A DNA stretch of 63,999 bases, the filler included, from Sphacelaria rigidula (Eukaryota), in NCBI GenBank assembly GCA_964200075.2. It is 3 parts of 3 records of this genome, joined end to end, with 100 filler letters (N's around TTAATTAATTAA, not from the genome) between each part and the next. Parts side by side here need not be neighbours in the genome. Positions count along the whole stretch, not along the records: positions 21,868 to 43,627 come from CAXNAA020000388.1; 2 more parts are not named here. The stretch is one strand, 5' to 3'. Position 1 is the stretch's first letter, and every line of letters starts with the position of its first letter. The notes beneath the pieces were generated by a model, which was not told the DNA's origin, searched no databases, and saw only the letters and a program-made list of their open reading frames with translations. Of this stretch, positions 25,401 through 37,632 are shown piece after piece. Both the position numbers and the translations under genes were made by a program.

Positions 25401-28400
25401 CATCAAACACAGGGTAGCACGACCATCCTCTCCACGCGGAGTTGAGGTTCGCCACCTCGCACAATACAATTTAACTCGACCATCATGCTTACCCCAACAA
25501 AAACGCAAGCGAGGAAATAAACGGCAACTTGGTTGCCTAGCTTACGCAGTTGGTGGGGCGTGTTACAGCGTCGTTTCAAACCGACGCCAACCCTCAAAAG
25601 GGGGGAAGTTATGAGCCTGAGATAAAAAATGTGCACCCCTACCATGGCACCACTTTAAGGTCAGGTTTGTGTTCCGAAAGTCTTAGTACGTGATACGGTG
25701 CTGGGAATCACTTTCCGAAAGGAATGCGCTATGCGTGTGGGGGGGGCACAGGGGGTGAGGGGCGGGGGGGCGGGGGGGGGGGGGGGGGGGGGACGACTCA
25801 AGATAAAAATTGACACCAAGAAAGACATCGCCTGCCCATATCTGCAGCTCATAGATATGGCGCGCTCCAGGGGCCGAGAATATCCAACACAGGCAGTTCA
25901 CCTTTGACGTTGCTCAGCACAGTACACAATATCGCTACAGACAAGTAGTCATAACATGAACACATTAAAAGCATCACTGCAGTATGCTCAGCTGTCGAAT
26001 ATCCAAGATCCCGCATGACCGAAAACAACCAATGTACATCGATAACGGGTTGAAGTTAACCCTTAGATCGCGATGCGGGTAGTCCACCTGGATCGTGCAT
26101 ACTTTTTTCAAACAAAATTGATGCCGATTCAGCAGGTGACCTACCCTCGCGGACCAAGGGTCGAAGGGGCACCCAGGCAATTGAATCCCCGTTCAGCACC
26201 GGAGTATAAAATGGGTGCTCACATAGCTGTACCGTTCCGATAACTGCAGAGGGGACTTCCTCGGCGAAAAATTGGCCGAAACCTCTGCTGAGTGCCGTGT
26301 GGACTTCGGGTTCGCAAAGTTCGGTATAATCTATCGACTTGAAAAGACGTCACGCCGTATAAGAATGATATTTTTTACAGGAGATAACGTGCTTTTGGAC
26401 AACACCATCGAGGGGGGAGTCGTCGCTTCGATGACGAGTTTAATGTCCAGGGAGCCTGTGCGGGAAAATGCAATTCTAAGGTCGTCGACATTTTCAGCGG
26501 GACGACAGACATGCACAGTAAGGGGTATCGGTGCTATGGGATACCACGTAAATCTTGAGGTGGTGTAGGTGATGAGCGGGGAAACGCGAATGCCGAGGAT
26601 TAGTGCCACGCGCGGGAGATAGACACAACTAGGACTTCAGGATCTCACGGGAAAACATAAATGATGGCATGACATCGGCGCTCTGCGGGACAAAGGAGCG
26701 AATCGGGGAAGTGAGCACTCTCCCGGAAAGCACAAGCACCGATGAGTGTCTTCGAGTGAAAATGTTAGAACGACGTGGACGGAGAGCAGCGGTGCTGGTC
26801 AACGAGTACCTGGAAGAAGTAGGCCCCTCCGCAGACACCATTTTGGGCTCTTGCGCCGGCCCACTGCACGGCTCGGCTCTGACACGCCTTCCCGTCAGGC
26901 GATACCGCTATGCTGGGATCCTTGTCTGTCGCGCTTATTCGCCATCCCTGCGCTATACGAGCTGTCAATGGTGGACACGATGAAAAAAAAAAAAACGTCG
27001 GCTAAAACAAGTTAACCGTTTAGGCGCCAAAGGCCAACTTCTGCGATAACTTTTTTTTATACCACGGTGCCATCATTTTGGGGAGAATGACGACAGTGCG
27101 GGTGTAGATGGCCGCCAGTAGGTTAAGTAGACACCAACTCCGATTTCTCCAAACTCAATCTCGGCCCAATACGATTGCAGGAATCTACGTTGGCTGAGTG
27201 GGCGGGTTGGGGTTTCTTGCCTTTTGTTCCGAACGCGAACGCCGACCGACGTCGACCCTCCTTTCCCAACTCTCAGCGCCATGAGTTGAGGGGGCAAGCT
27301 CACCGCTCGCGGTTCCATGCGCGCTACTTAGGTGTGTGTGTGCGCGCGCGCGCGTGTGTGTGTGTGTCAACTTGTGGTTGTCTTACTCATCTGGCTGTGG
27401 GAGACACTTTCCGCAAATAAAACATCAGACACGACATCAAAATGACCCCAAACACACCCGCTTGGCGCCGCCTACAGCACACGCCCCCCCTAATACGCCA
27501 GGCTGTTCAGCTGTCCAGTCGTTCGTGTTGAAATCTCCAAATTTGCATGACCACATGTCCTAGTGCTGTTGGTGCCATCACCACCACTGCACTTCCGAAA
27601 AAATCGGTGTTCTGAGACACCGAAGTATTGGTGATCGTGGCTTCTGCACGGATTCCTGTGACACGCAGCATTTGCGTGGCAATGGTCTTTTACACTTTTA
27701 CACAGAATGTAGGTGCTGCTTCTTCGCCAAAAACTATTTTTTCGATCCCCTCCCCCCCACAATCCGGTCAATAAGCACCTGACTGACGAATGGGCGCTAA
27801 TAACGTTCGCGCTTTGACTCTTCTCACCAAGCAATTCACAAGTTTCCATCGCGCAGTCAGTTTGGCCACCCAGTCATTTGTGCCACTCGGGAGGCTACGA
27901 ATAATAAGCAATACGTCCAAAGCCAAGGTTTACCGTATTGCCCACGAAAAAGTGGCAATATTACCATGAGCTAGAGGTTGTGAGCAAGATAAATGAAACC
28001 AGGGGGAATTTTCAATCTTTATTCCGGATCGTGAGAGTTCCAGTCCTGCGAACCGAACGCGCCTTCTGGTCCTGCCCAGATCTCGCCATACCTCCCGGTT
28101 TTGTCCGTGGGAAATTACTAGCCACGAGAAATGTTCCTCGGGTTGTCGGCTAGGTTGCTATTGGAGACAGCGACCCCTCCGCATGCGGCCTTGGGTGAAC
28201 TATGCCATATATTGGGTTCAGAACGGCGCTTTTCTCACCTCAAAAAAGACCTTGTTTCATGAACATGTCGGTGTTGGACATCTACACACAAAACAGCCCT
28301 GGAGAATCCCTGACCGGTCATGACCCTGCAGTCTATACCGCGCAAGTCAGTATATGTGCTCTGTGTCCTCGCTGGATACAACAGCAAAAAAGTCAGCGTG

Positions 28401-31400
28401 CGATCACTCTCCATTGAACCAGTCTATCGCATGTTGCTGATGTCTCCGCTTAGTGTTCCACGACAACACGGCAGACAGTGTGAAGCTATGCTGGCAGTGC
28501 ATGACGGGTCGGGCAGGCATCAAAGACCTCGAGCAAAATAAAAAACACATCGTCAGTACCAACATGAGAAATACGGCTAGGCAGCGAGGTAGTCCACCTG
28601 CAGTCGGCCTGTAGGAGAACGAAATGACCGTTTTGATAGACGTGCTTGGTCAGAATGGTATCTCCGCTCCTGTTGGGCTTCGTTCCTCGCTTATACTTCT
28701 CCGTTGGAAACTTCCAAACACATTGTTGACTTGGTGAGCTTTTCGGCTGTCTTGTACACAGGCCCCCACCTCCCTGTCACAAACCATCCCACCGCCCCCT
28801 GGAAACCCCGCGTGTCCCTGGATCGTTAGCCTGTGGAACTGTTCCAAGGGCTAAGGGTTAAGAGTCATACTCAACATCACGCACAACACTACCAGGCACA
28901 TTCTATGAGCTCTACTGCTTTGTCGTCTGTCCCATTGTCCGAGATGAGATGCGAGGCGGTCCCCTCGCCTCTCGTCTCACTTTTGTGTACTTCTACACTC
29001 CTCTGTCAAGCTCTCCCCAGCACTGTCTTCACCGCACCTCTGTAGCTCAATACACAGAGCATTCTGCTGTAAGCAGAGAGATGGGGGGGCTCATGACTCT
29101 CCGGCGATCACTTACCGTGTACAATCCTTAATGGCGTCGAAGTTGCTTGATGATCGGTGCGATAAATAAAGTGGCGACCTCATAGGTATGTGCGCCAATG
29201 GACAAAATATCAGACCACAGCAGGAAACTCTCCCATCGTCGGGCTATAATGGCGTTGGCTTTGTGAAAAGCGCTTGCTGTAATACGCCACGAGGCTCCAA
29301 GTCACGGTAGGGTAACCGCCAAAGGGTTATGAGCCCCCGTCGCTGCGGACAGCAAGTGCTCTGTCTATTGAGCTAAAGCGGTGTGTTGAGGACAGTGCTC
29401 GGGAGAACTTGACAGGGAGGTGTAGAAGTACAAAAGAGTGAGACGGGAGGCGCGGCGGTAGCCTTGCATCTCGTCTCGGACAAAAGACAGACTACAAACC
29501 AGTAAACCTGTAGAGTATTCCACCTCCAGAACACGTGCAGGTGCATGATACTTTACGCTGTCTGTTGATACAGCGAGTTGGATATGCGTTACATGAGATG
29601 GGGTCAGTAGATACTCCGGAGCATGACTATACATCCGAGGCATTTGATCTATGTAGATGAGATGCTGCTGGCGACTGCCGACAACGAAGACTGTCTTTGT
29701 GAACAACATTTGTCAAGTCTCCAAGCTCACAAAATCCGCTTGGTGGTGTCGTGCGTGACTCTAAGGTTTAGTGACATGTCTCGCAAGAGCGGCCTAGCCG
29801 ACAACCCGGGGAACATTCCTCGTGGCTGGAGGTTTCCTATGGGCAGAACCAGGAGGTATGGAGGGTTCTGGACAGAACCGTAAGGTATGTTGGGTTCGCA
29901 GGATTACCGCCGGATTTTCCACTCTCGACACCACCAGACAGATGGGGCAAGCGCTTAACATCAGCCTACGGAATAGTAACCGTTTTTCGGTTCCGACAGT
30001 ATTTCAGAATAGGAGCGCTGTGGAGTAATAGCTCCGTTGAACACGACAGGCTCATAAGCGTAACTCCCCAAGGCGGCTTGTCTCCTCTCAGCTTCCGAGA
30101 ATCCAGAAGCTGGTTGAGCGTTTGCCGCACCTCGGCCATGGTTGCCTGCAGGCTCTGGCAGGAGGAATCCAGGGTGGGGTTGTCACTGCTGAACGTGTGG
30201 TCGAGGTCTAGTCTGGTGCTGTCCCCTTCGGCGGATGACCGATCGCTAGTGTGGATAGGAGCCTTCATTTACTTTTTCCACACACCAGAAGAAGCAAATG
30301 AAAGCTCCCTTTCACACTAGCGATCGGTCATCCGCCGAAGGGGACAACAGCGGACCAGACCTCGACCACACGACTACACGTTCAGCAGTCACAAACCCAC
30401 CCCGGATTCCTCCTGCCAGAGCCTGTGGACAACCGTGGGCGAGATGCTGCAACCGCGCAACCAGCTTCTGGATCTGCGGAGGCCGGGAGAAGACAAGCCG
30501 CCTTGGGGAGTAACGCTGATGACCACGTCAGCATGTATGTCCGTGCAGTTGAATAACACTACTGTTTCAAATGTTGTTCTGATCCTGTCGTGTCCACCGG
30601 AGCTACTATACTACTCCGCCGCCCTCTTGTGCTGAAATACTGTCCAAACCGAAAATGCTGTACTACACTTAATCAGTGTCATTACCCTTCGTAGAGGAGG
30701 TGCCGTTCTTCTCCAAATGCACTCACGACCAGGTCGTGGTAGGCTACTGACAGACTAAGACAAACCGGATAAAGCGTGGATATGTTGATGGGAGAAAGCG
30801 ACTCGCTTGTGCGAGCTACATACCGTAGGTGGCAAAACATCACAGGCAACTTCCGAAAAAGGGACACCCATATCATGTACTCTCCTAACACCCAAGAGTT
30901 CTCTCTTTGTAACGTGGGGACAGACACGAGCACCAGGTACGACATATTGTCCAATACGGATACAGACACGAGGCACTAATGCCGTTTCAGTACTGACTGC
31001 TACTGACGTGGAGAGGGATTTCTGCCTCTTCACGCCCTTCCTGCTCGAATCAGGAGACAGCCCAACCGCGACAGACGTCACAACAGCTGGGCAACATCAT
31101 TCATTCTCACTGCCGCCGCTGCGTTGAGTGATTGTGAAGACCGGTAGGCCGTGGCCGTGATCGCTTACTTGATCAATATAGTACATTCTTCTGTCCTTTT
31201 GGTACTCATGCATACTCGTGCACCAGGATTCACCGGGGTATTGAACATTTGCACCTGGTATTTTCGTCCGCTCATTCCCCTATCGCCACTTCTATCAGTT
31301 GGCGCTTTCATCGATGCTGTTTAGAAAAAAACGAAAATTACAAACTCGGGTGCCTTGCCATCCAGTAAACTCGGGAAAACAAATGCGCTATGTGTGTTAC

Positions 31401-34400
31401 TGCTGACTGTACGAGGTTATTCGAGAAGATCCAACTCAATGGTCCAAAGTTCGAGGTCTACCCACGTGAACCCTCCGATGTGTAATTGCGCTATACAGTA
31501 CAGTACTACGAGTACACTGTCTATACTACAGTACGGTATCATCCAGGGGTTGAGGAGTCCGAGGAACCTCAGGAACGTCGTCTCCTCATGGATAAGATCG
31601 ATCGCAAAAATACTTTCATGAACACGGTCGCCCACATACGTTGCTGCTTTGCGTGCACTACATCAGCACGCTGTACGAATGATTACTCGCAACTCTCGAC
31701 TAACTCCCATACTATAGAAAGCGGGGCAACGGACACACTGTCGCCCTGACACCCAGCAGATTTCGCTGTAGTCATGAACCATCAACCACACCACTGGGGG
31801 GTGGATCAGTGTTCCGTCGAGGATTTTTTTTCATATAGCGAAATGGACGCCTCCGCGAGGAACGGCGGATGATGGCAAATGTCCCAATTCCGCCCCGAGC
31901 ACCCGCACACTCTGTGCATGCAGCTGCGGACCTGAAAGCATCGCCCACGTGGAAGAAATCGGCTCGAAGATCATCGAGATGCGTTGATATATAGACGAGT
32001 AGCTCCTCTCGCAAGTTGCACCGATGACAGTGCTGTCTGCAACGAGTATGTACAGAATCCGTGCAGCCTAGGGTGAACACCCCCCCCCCCCCGTCAAACC
32101 CGACCTCCGGTATCATGGCAGCGCACCGCGCTCGCATGACGCCACCGGCAGAGACACGGAGGGAGTTTTCACCACCTAGATAGATTAGTCTTTTCATAGC
32201 AAAAGGTCGTATTGAAATCCATCCATGCTGCAGATGAAATGACGTGACCTCCGGCGGCGGCGATTGAGAGTGCCGCCAGTCCACTCCAGCGTTTTCTCTC
32301 GCGTGTTAGTACCGGCTGTTCACCCCACAACCGCAGCGCCCAGCTGATCCAGACAAATTTCTCCCCATGGATTCCGCGGGAGTACTGCGGGTGGTATTTT
32401 TCTGTAGACGCCATTCAGATGCCCCCACCGAGGGATCACGCTGTCGTCTTCACCTCACGTAACAACGTCAGCTGCAACACGAACGTTGGCAGCATATCAC
32501 GAGGTGTGTGGGAATGATGGTCCAACCCAATATGCCGACATGCATGGCTTACAGCAGAGTCGTTACGGCATGATCTCTTGACCCGGCGGATACTCTCATC
32601 ACGGTAAGTTGTGACTTGAAAATATGCAACACTGTGCAACAGCGACCTCATCAGCCCTCTCTCCGCCGCGCCGTTGAAGTTCCGGGGCAGGCAATACCTA
32701 CGATGTAGAGGGAGTCCCAAGTGTTCAAGTACCTGTTCATGCAGTTGGGGAGTATGAAGAGTTTTGGCCAACTCGAAAGCTGCGATTGACCGCATTGCAT
32801 ACGCCACGTGGGTGGGAGAGGCGCGCCTGCGGCGTGTATGGTTGCCGGTGGCGAGGAGACGTTTCGGTTTATGTACCACCTCATTCGGAGCAGCCCCCGC
32901 GAATATCAATGGCTCCGGATATACGCGGGTGAGTGCCTTCTCCTTTATCACATGGTAAAGTCTATCATGAAGCGATATTGGGGAGCGGGTATAGAGTACG
33001 TAGTGGAGGCACTTGGACTGGACGGGAGGAAAGGGTGAGGGGCGTTACCGGCACAACGACGGGAGGGAGGGGGTAGGAGGAGCGTATCCGGGACAAGATC
33101 CGATCAGTCGCTACTTTTGCGACGGCGGATCACATGAACCCATCGGATACAAGTCGAAATCTTCAGCAAGGATCTGGATTGGAGATTCGGATTCAAAATG
33201 CAGCGGGTCTGTGGCTCGGCATCGGAAGCGGGCGACGACCACGGCGAAGATTTCGCGTTCTGATTCTTATCTGGGGAGAATATTGGGGTAATTTTTTCCG
33301 TACAATTGATAGATGTTTTTTTCCGGGCTGTAGTCATGAGCCGTGTACATGTCGATGGTGTTTCGTGCTTGTGCGGTGCACTGTTGGGTGTACAATTGTA
33401 TGGAGAATGGTCTGGCGACGCCCGTCAGCGAATTGCCTGTGGTGCGTGAGGCTACATAGTAATGCTTATCAAGGGAGTGTGTACAACGTAAGACGACAAA
33501 TCTGAACCACACCATCGTATGCCAGTCGACCTTTCAACATACTGTACAGCACTGCCAACGCTCGCGCGCCGACTCTACGGCGTTTTAACAGGGAGAGAAC
33601 TGCCGGGAATCATCCGTATCACTATAGTGTTGAGCGGTCGGACAAAATACGTCGGGTGGTACTCTACGTCACACTCTCGCTGATATCCTTGATACTGCAT
33701 TATCTGCACCGAACTGGAGGGTCGTGTCACTACTGGTCTTCCGAATCACACATCGGGTCGAATTTCGCAAAGTTTCCCTTTATACCGTTTCTTCTGGTAG
33801 ACACATGTTGAACGACCGCTTTTTGTCGTCCTTCTTCTTCGTTTTGGGCCTAAATGATGGCTGGGTGGATATTGCCTCCTTTGTTTGCCTTGCGTCCTTC
33901 CATCGTCGGCAAATCTGCCACGTCACATGAACGTATTCAGGTGCTGGCATCTTGTTTTTTTACCAAAGTTGTATTTTCATCCAAGAAAGATGAACAGTCG
34001 AGTTCAGAATGAAGTGGCAGTGAGGTCTAGAAATTCATGACAGTCATTACCTGGTGTCGACTGTCTGTTCCTAGACAAAAATGCTAGTTCAGTCGAAAAC
34101 AAATTTGTGGCCACTGGGAAATGCGAAGGTGCCCCGGATTTTCCCCATGGACTTGGCGCATTCTGGCACAAGAGGGTATGCGTAAAAAAAAAAAACTGCA
34201 ATTACCGGAAAGCACCAAGATATCCTGAGTCATCCTACGATTGGGGGGGGGAGTATTTTGGGCCACTTCTTGCGCGAAATTCCAAGCCAAATCGTCGTTG
34301 GAAGCAGCAACGGTTACTCGAACGAGCTTGTTATAGATAAATAACGCTCATTCATACCAGTTGGCACCGATTTGAACCAAATACAGGCGCACTGCGACTG

Positions 34401-36001
34401 TGGCAGGTCGTCTGACACAATTATGAATCTCTTTTTTCGTGCGGTCAAATACCCCCCCCGCCCCTCCTATCGTAGGATGACTCTCCTCCACTTTTTTCTA
34501 CGAGTAGAGGAGGGCATTCGAAGTTGTCAACACCCCCTAGCTCCCTCTATGGCACAAAATGATGCAGATGAACAAAAAATTAGTGATGCAGTATTTTGTT
34601 GGCGTTGTTTGTTCACCATGAGAACCGGCCGTATACGCGGAGGGTCACCGCCTCGCTGACGACAGAATGAGTCGATACAGTTTGCGTGTGCGTACGCTAT
34701 ATCTTGCGCAACGATCCCGTGAGCACACCTCGCGCACGACTCCAGCATCAACGCCGTGCACATGTTTGTATCATCTTCTCAGCTGACGTGCAAAGCTGTT
34801 GCTCCCACGAATGAGCGCAGGAGAAGATGTTCACGACTATGAACACATATGAACGCGGCGCAATTACCGTACGCTCATTCTGGATATCAGCGTTGTATCT
34901 GATGCGTTTTTCCACCGCATCTCATGTGTCCCAACATCCCCCACCCAGATGACAATATCTCGATGCACACAGTAGCTGCAGAGACAAATCAAGTTGCTCT
35001 GTGTGGCTGAGACGCATATCTATCAGCCGTCCACGTTGTGGCTGCGCATACCCTTGCAGTAGACGAAAATTTTGACATGTAGTGAGGATAATCTTTTGCG
35101 ATTCTCGTGCGATCCCGAAAACTGATTGGCGCGATTTTGATGGTAAACGATGGCTATTAACAACTATTACCTGAATCTCGAGTTTCAGCTTGCTGCCATC
35201 CGTGCGGCGCGAGTTATCGTCGATCGCGTGTAGATCGGGGCATATTGGAAAATGACCTTTGGCTTGTACAGATTTCGTCAACTTTTTTTCGGGTTATCCA
35301 TCGATCGTTCGTGTGCTGTACTCGATGGGATTGAACCAAACTTCGACGGAGGGGTAGATCCGGATTGGTGCTACAGTTGTGCATCACTATAATCGCCATT
35401 ATTTTGCCCTGTAAAATTATTTTACTTGACCAAGTCGTGTTTTCGGGGTGGTGATGAAAAACGTGACACTAAACCGGGCGAAACACTGGGATACAAAGAG
35501 TAACTCCAGTTCTCAGCAGAAGAGGGGTGGCAGTCAGTTGCTGCACCTTTGCTACTCCCGAACAATCTAGTTGAAACACACAGCAAATCTACAGCGGTAA
35601 AGGCACCCCAAGGGTACGATGTAGCACAGTAGCGTGCAGCAAATTAAGCCACCGCACAGGGCACAATGCTTGCCTGCGAGCAGGACATGCTTCCACTATC
35701 CAACTGCAACCGTGTACATACCAGGGTCGCTCGCAGCGGCACTGTCTTCACCACTCGACTTTCCTCGCCCACCCTCAGTTTCAGCACGCCGCAGATCTTC
35801 ATGTATGATTTGCAGCAGTGGCAATCCGAACGCCGCAGTCTTTCCACTGCCGGTCTCTGCAGCTACCATCACGTCCCCGCCTCCAAGCATAAGCGGTATC
35901 GCCTCGTCCTGCACGTTGGTTGGGAGAATGTAGCCAAGGTCGCCAGTGACCGCACGGATTAGCTCGGGTCCTAGGCCCAATGCCTCAAACCCACCTGCCA
36001 T
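22483..36001 (-). CDS. DDX1: DEAD-box RNA helicase DDX1, 5' part (exons 36001-35722, 26961-26810, 24580-24389, 23576-23469, 22713-22483); 3' exons lost at the gap
   Basis: Q motif (FEALGL...PTNVQDEAIP), motif I AETGSGKT, SPRY insertion (DEGLCRFGWAT...GTDSLSYGFGGTGMKSH...YGEAF..GDTVGC...FTKNG..LG.A), motif Ia PRAIILEPARELAEQ; exon phases are consistent. A SPRY domain between motifs I and Ia is diagnostic of DDX1. Confidence 0.93.
26056..26110 (+). repeat. Dispersed repeat terminus beginning TTAA-CCC (piggyBac-like end); inverted copy at about 51440-51493
   Basis: ttaacccttagatcgcgatgcgggtagtccacctggatcgtgcatacttttt matches the reverse complement of aaaagtatgcatggtccagatagactaccctcgcggcctaggggttaa. 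Confidence 0.5.
28040..29910. repeat. Inverted repeat 1 in the DDX1 intron (28040-28170 and 28865-29120 vs 29302-29910)
   Basis: Reverse-complement match read by eye, e.g. gccacgagaaatgttcctcgggttgtcggctagg vs cctagccgacaacccggggaacattcctcgtggc. Confidence 0.8.
29975..30660. repeat. Inverted repeat 2 (arms about 29975-30270 and 30296-30660, spacer about 25-30 bp)
   Basis: Divergent ORFs both begin MKAP[IF]HTSDRSSAEGD and share DKPPWGVTLM. Confidence 0.85.
31400..33050 (-). mobile_element. Possible decayed KDZ (Kyakuja-Dileera-Zisupton)-type transposase
   Basis: Frameshifted GLTGG(G)VFTLGC/HGFC at about 32095-32050 followed by FAIDLIH at about 31605 resemble the KDZ GG..C.HG and ID.FH motifs; heavily degenerate. 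Confidence 0.3.
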
Positions 36002-36257
36002 GGTCTATCTCTTTATTTATATCTGCCTTCCTGTCCTGCCCTCTAGATTTATGTCTCGAAGTTGCTCGCTCTATACTTGGTGGGTTGTTGATGTAACAAG
36101 CCGGGAGCGGAGCAATCCTTGGGGTCAAGATCCCTAGGGAATTGGGGGTACCCACCTTTAGGAGAAGGGGAGGGGGGGGGGGGGGGGGGGGGGGGGCCTT
36201 GATTCTGACAGTCCCGCGCCAAGCCTCAACAAGTACATCGACGGGGGTTCGTGCACT
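36002..36257. promoter_or_regulatory. Probable bidirectional promoter between DDX1 and the DUS-like gene, with a long G tract
   Basis: Head-to-head start codons 256 bp apart. Confidence 0.55.
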
Positions 36258-36587
36258 ATGCGTACGGTGCTAGGCAGCAATAGCTCTAATGCCCACCCTA
36301 CAGTGATGATGGCAATCGCGGTGATATTATCGTCCGCGTCGAGAGTTGAGGCATTCAGAGCAACAGCTGCCGCTAGCAGAGCTCATTGCGCTCGGCCGTT
36401 ATCGGGAGCAGGGGTATCTGCGGCAGATGCAGCTGAGCGTTTAAATTGCTTGCCGCACGACAGCGACACAAGGATCCGAGAGGAGAGGGGTAGTGGAATC
36501 AATAGCACCAGTAGTCCCCGCGCGTTCTTCGAAAGAATAGGGAGCCCGAGGTATATCGCCGCGCCGATGGTTGAGCAATCCGAAGCG
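36258..36587 (+). CDS. DUS1: tRNA-dihydrouridine synthase (DUS1-like), exon 1, with N-terminal targeting extension; remainder not in the contig
   Basis: FFERIGSPRYIAAPMVEQSEA|gtgagt matches the DUS1-type N-terminal APMV(D/E)QS motif. Confidence 0.72.
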
Positions 36588-37632
36588 GTGAGTTGTATGC
36601 TGCTATTTCAATAAACCAAACGCCAACCCGCATCCTGAGGGCTCACGTGCGGTCGCTAGATCCTGATATGCAATCGGTATGTATGCGACTGCAAAATCAT
36701 CGCACATCCAGTACAATTAGCTCCGTACAACACAGCGCAGTAGAATTTGATGCCGTTGATGTGATGTCAAAGCAGACGTCAGTAGTGTCGGGCGCACGCC
36801 AGGTATGCAAAATGACAGCCGCATGCTTGGCTCCGAGCGAAAAACCCGAGTCCCTCATTATTACCCTGTAAATATGGGAAGGGAAGTACGGTCCTGAATG
36901 CCGTACTGTATGCGTTTGGTTCGTACCTCCGCAGGGTACCATGCTTCCGGCATCTACTTGCTTTGAGGAGTGTACTACAGTTATGGGGGTGAATGAAGGC
37001 CTTGCCGACCAAAAATCCGGTTCCCACAAGAAAAAAATGAATGCGGACGGATTTTGAAGACGTATTCAAGACGTCATCGACTGGTCGGGTCTGTGCCGAA
37101 CCTGTGCCGAACCTGTGCCGAAAATGACACACGCTCCATCCCAAGTTACCCAGGTTTAGTATGCGACAGAGTATTTTTTTTCATCGCAATTATCTCGAGA
37201 CAGGAAGCACAGCAACCTCTGGAACTTCACAGCCCCCAGCACACACGCTGGACCTATACAGCAGCGCAAGCAGATTTGCTCCATTCGCCACAGGAGATCC
37301 AAAAAGTCCCAGAACGTTGCAGGAAACGCGTTTTTTAGAACATTTTGTGTTTGGTGCAGCGGTTTCTGGAGTGCTGGGCACGCGTACGGAAATCTGTGGC
37401 CACACTGGACAGTTCCGGTGTATGGGAAGCGCACGCATCAAACCGCAGTCAAATCCTCTACCTGGTTGCCGAGAAAATATAGTTGAAAAATCGGCAGTTG
37501 TGGGTTGAGGACCAGCAGCTTTTGCGGAGGTGTAATATGGGAAATTCTCAGAAGCACGGTGTTTCGAAGGTTAAGAGAAAATTGAAATCCCGTGAAGCAT
37601 GAGCGAAGTACAAGGAAAGAACCGGACAAGAC

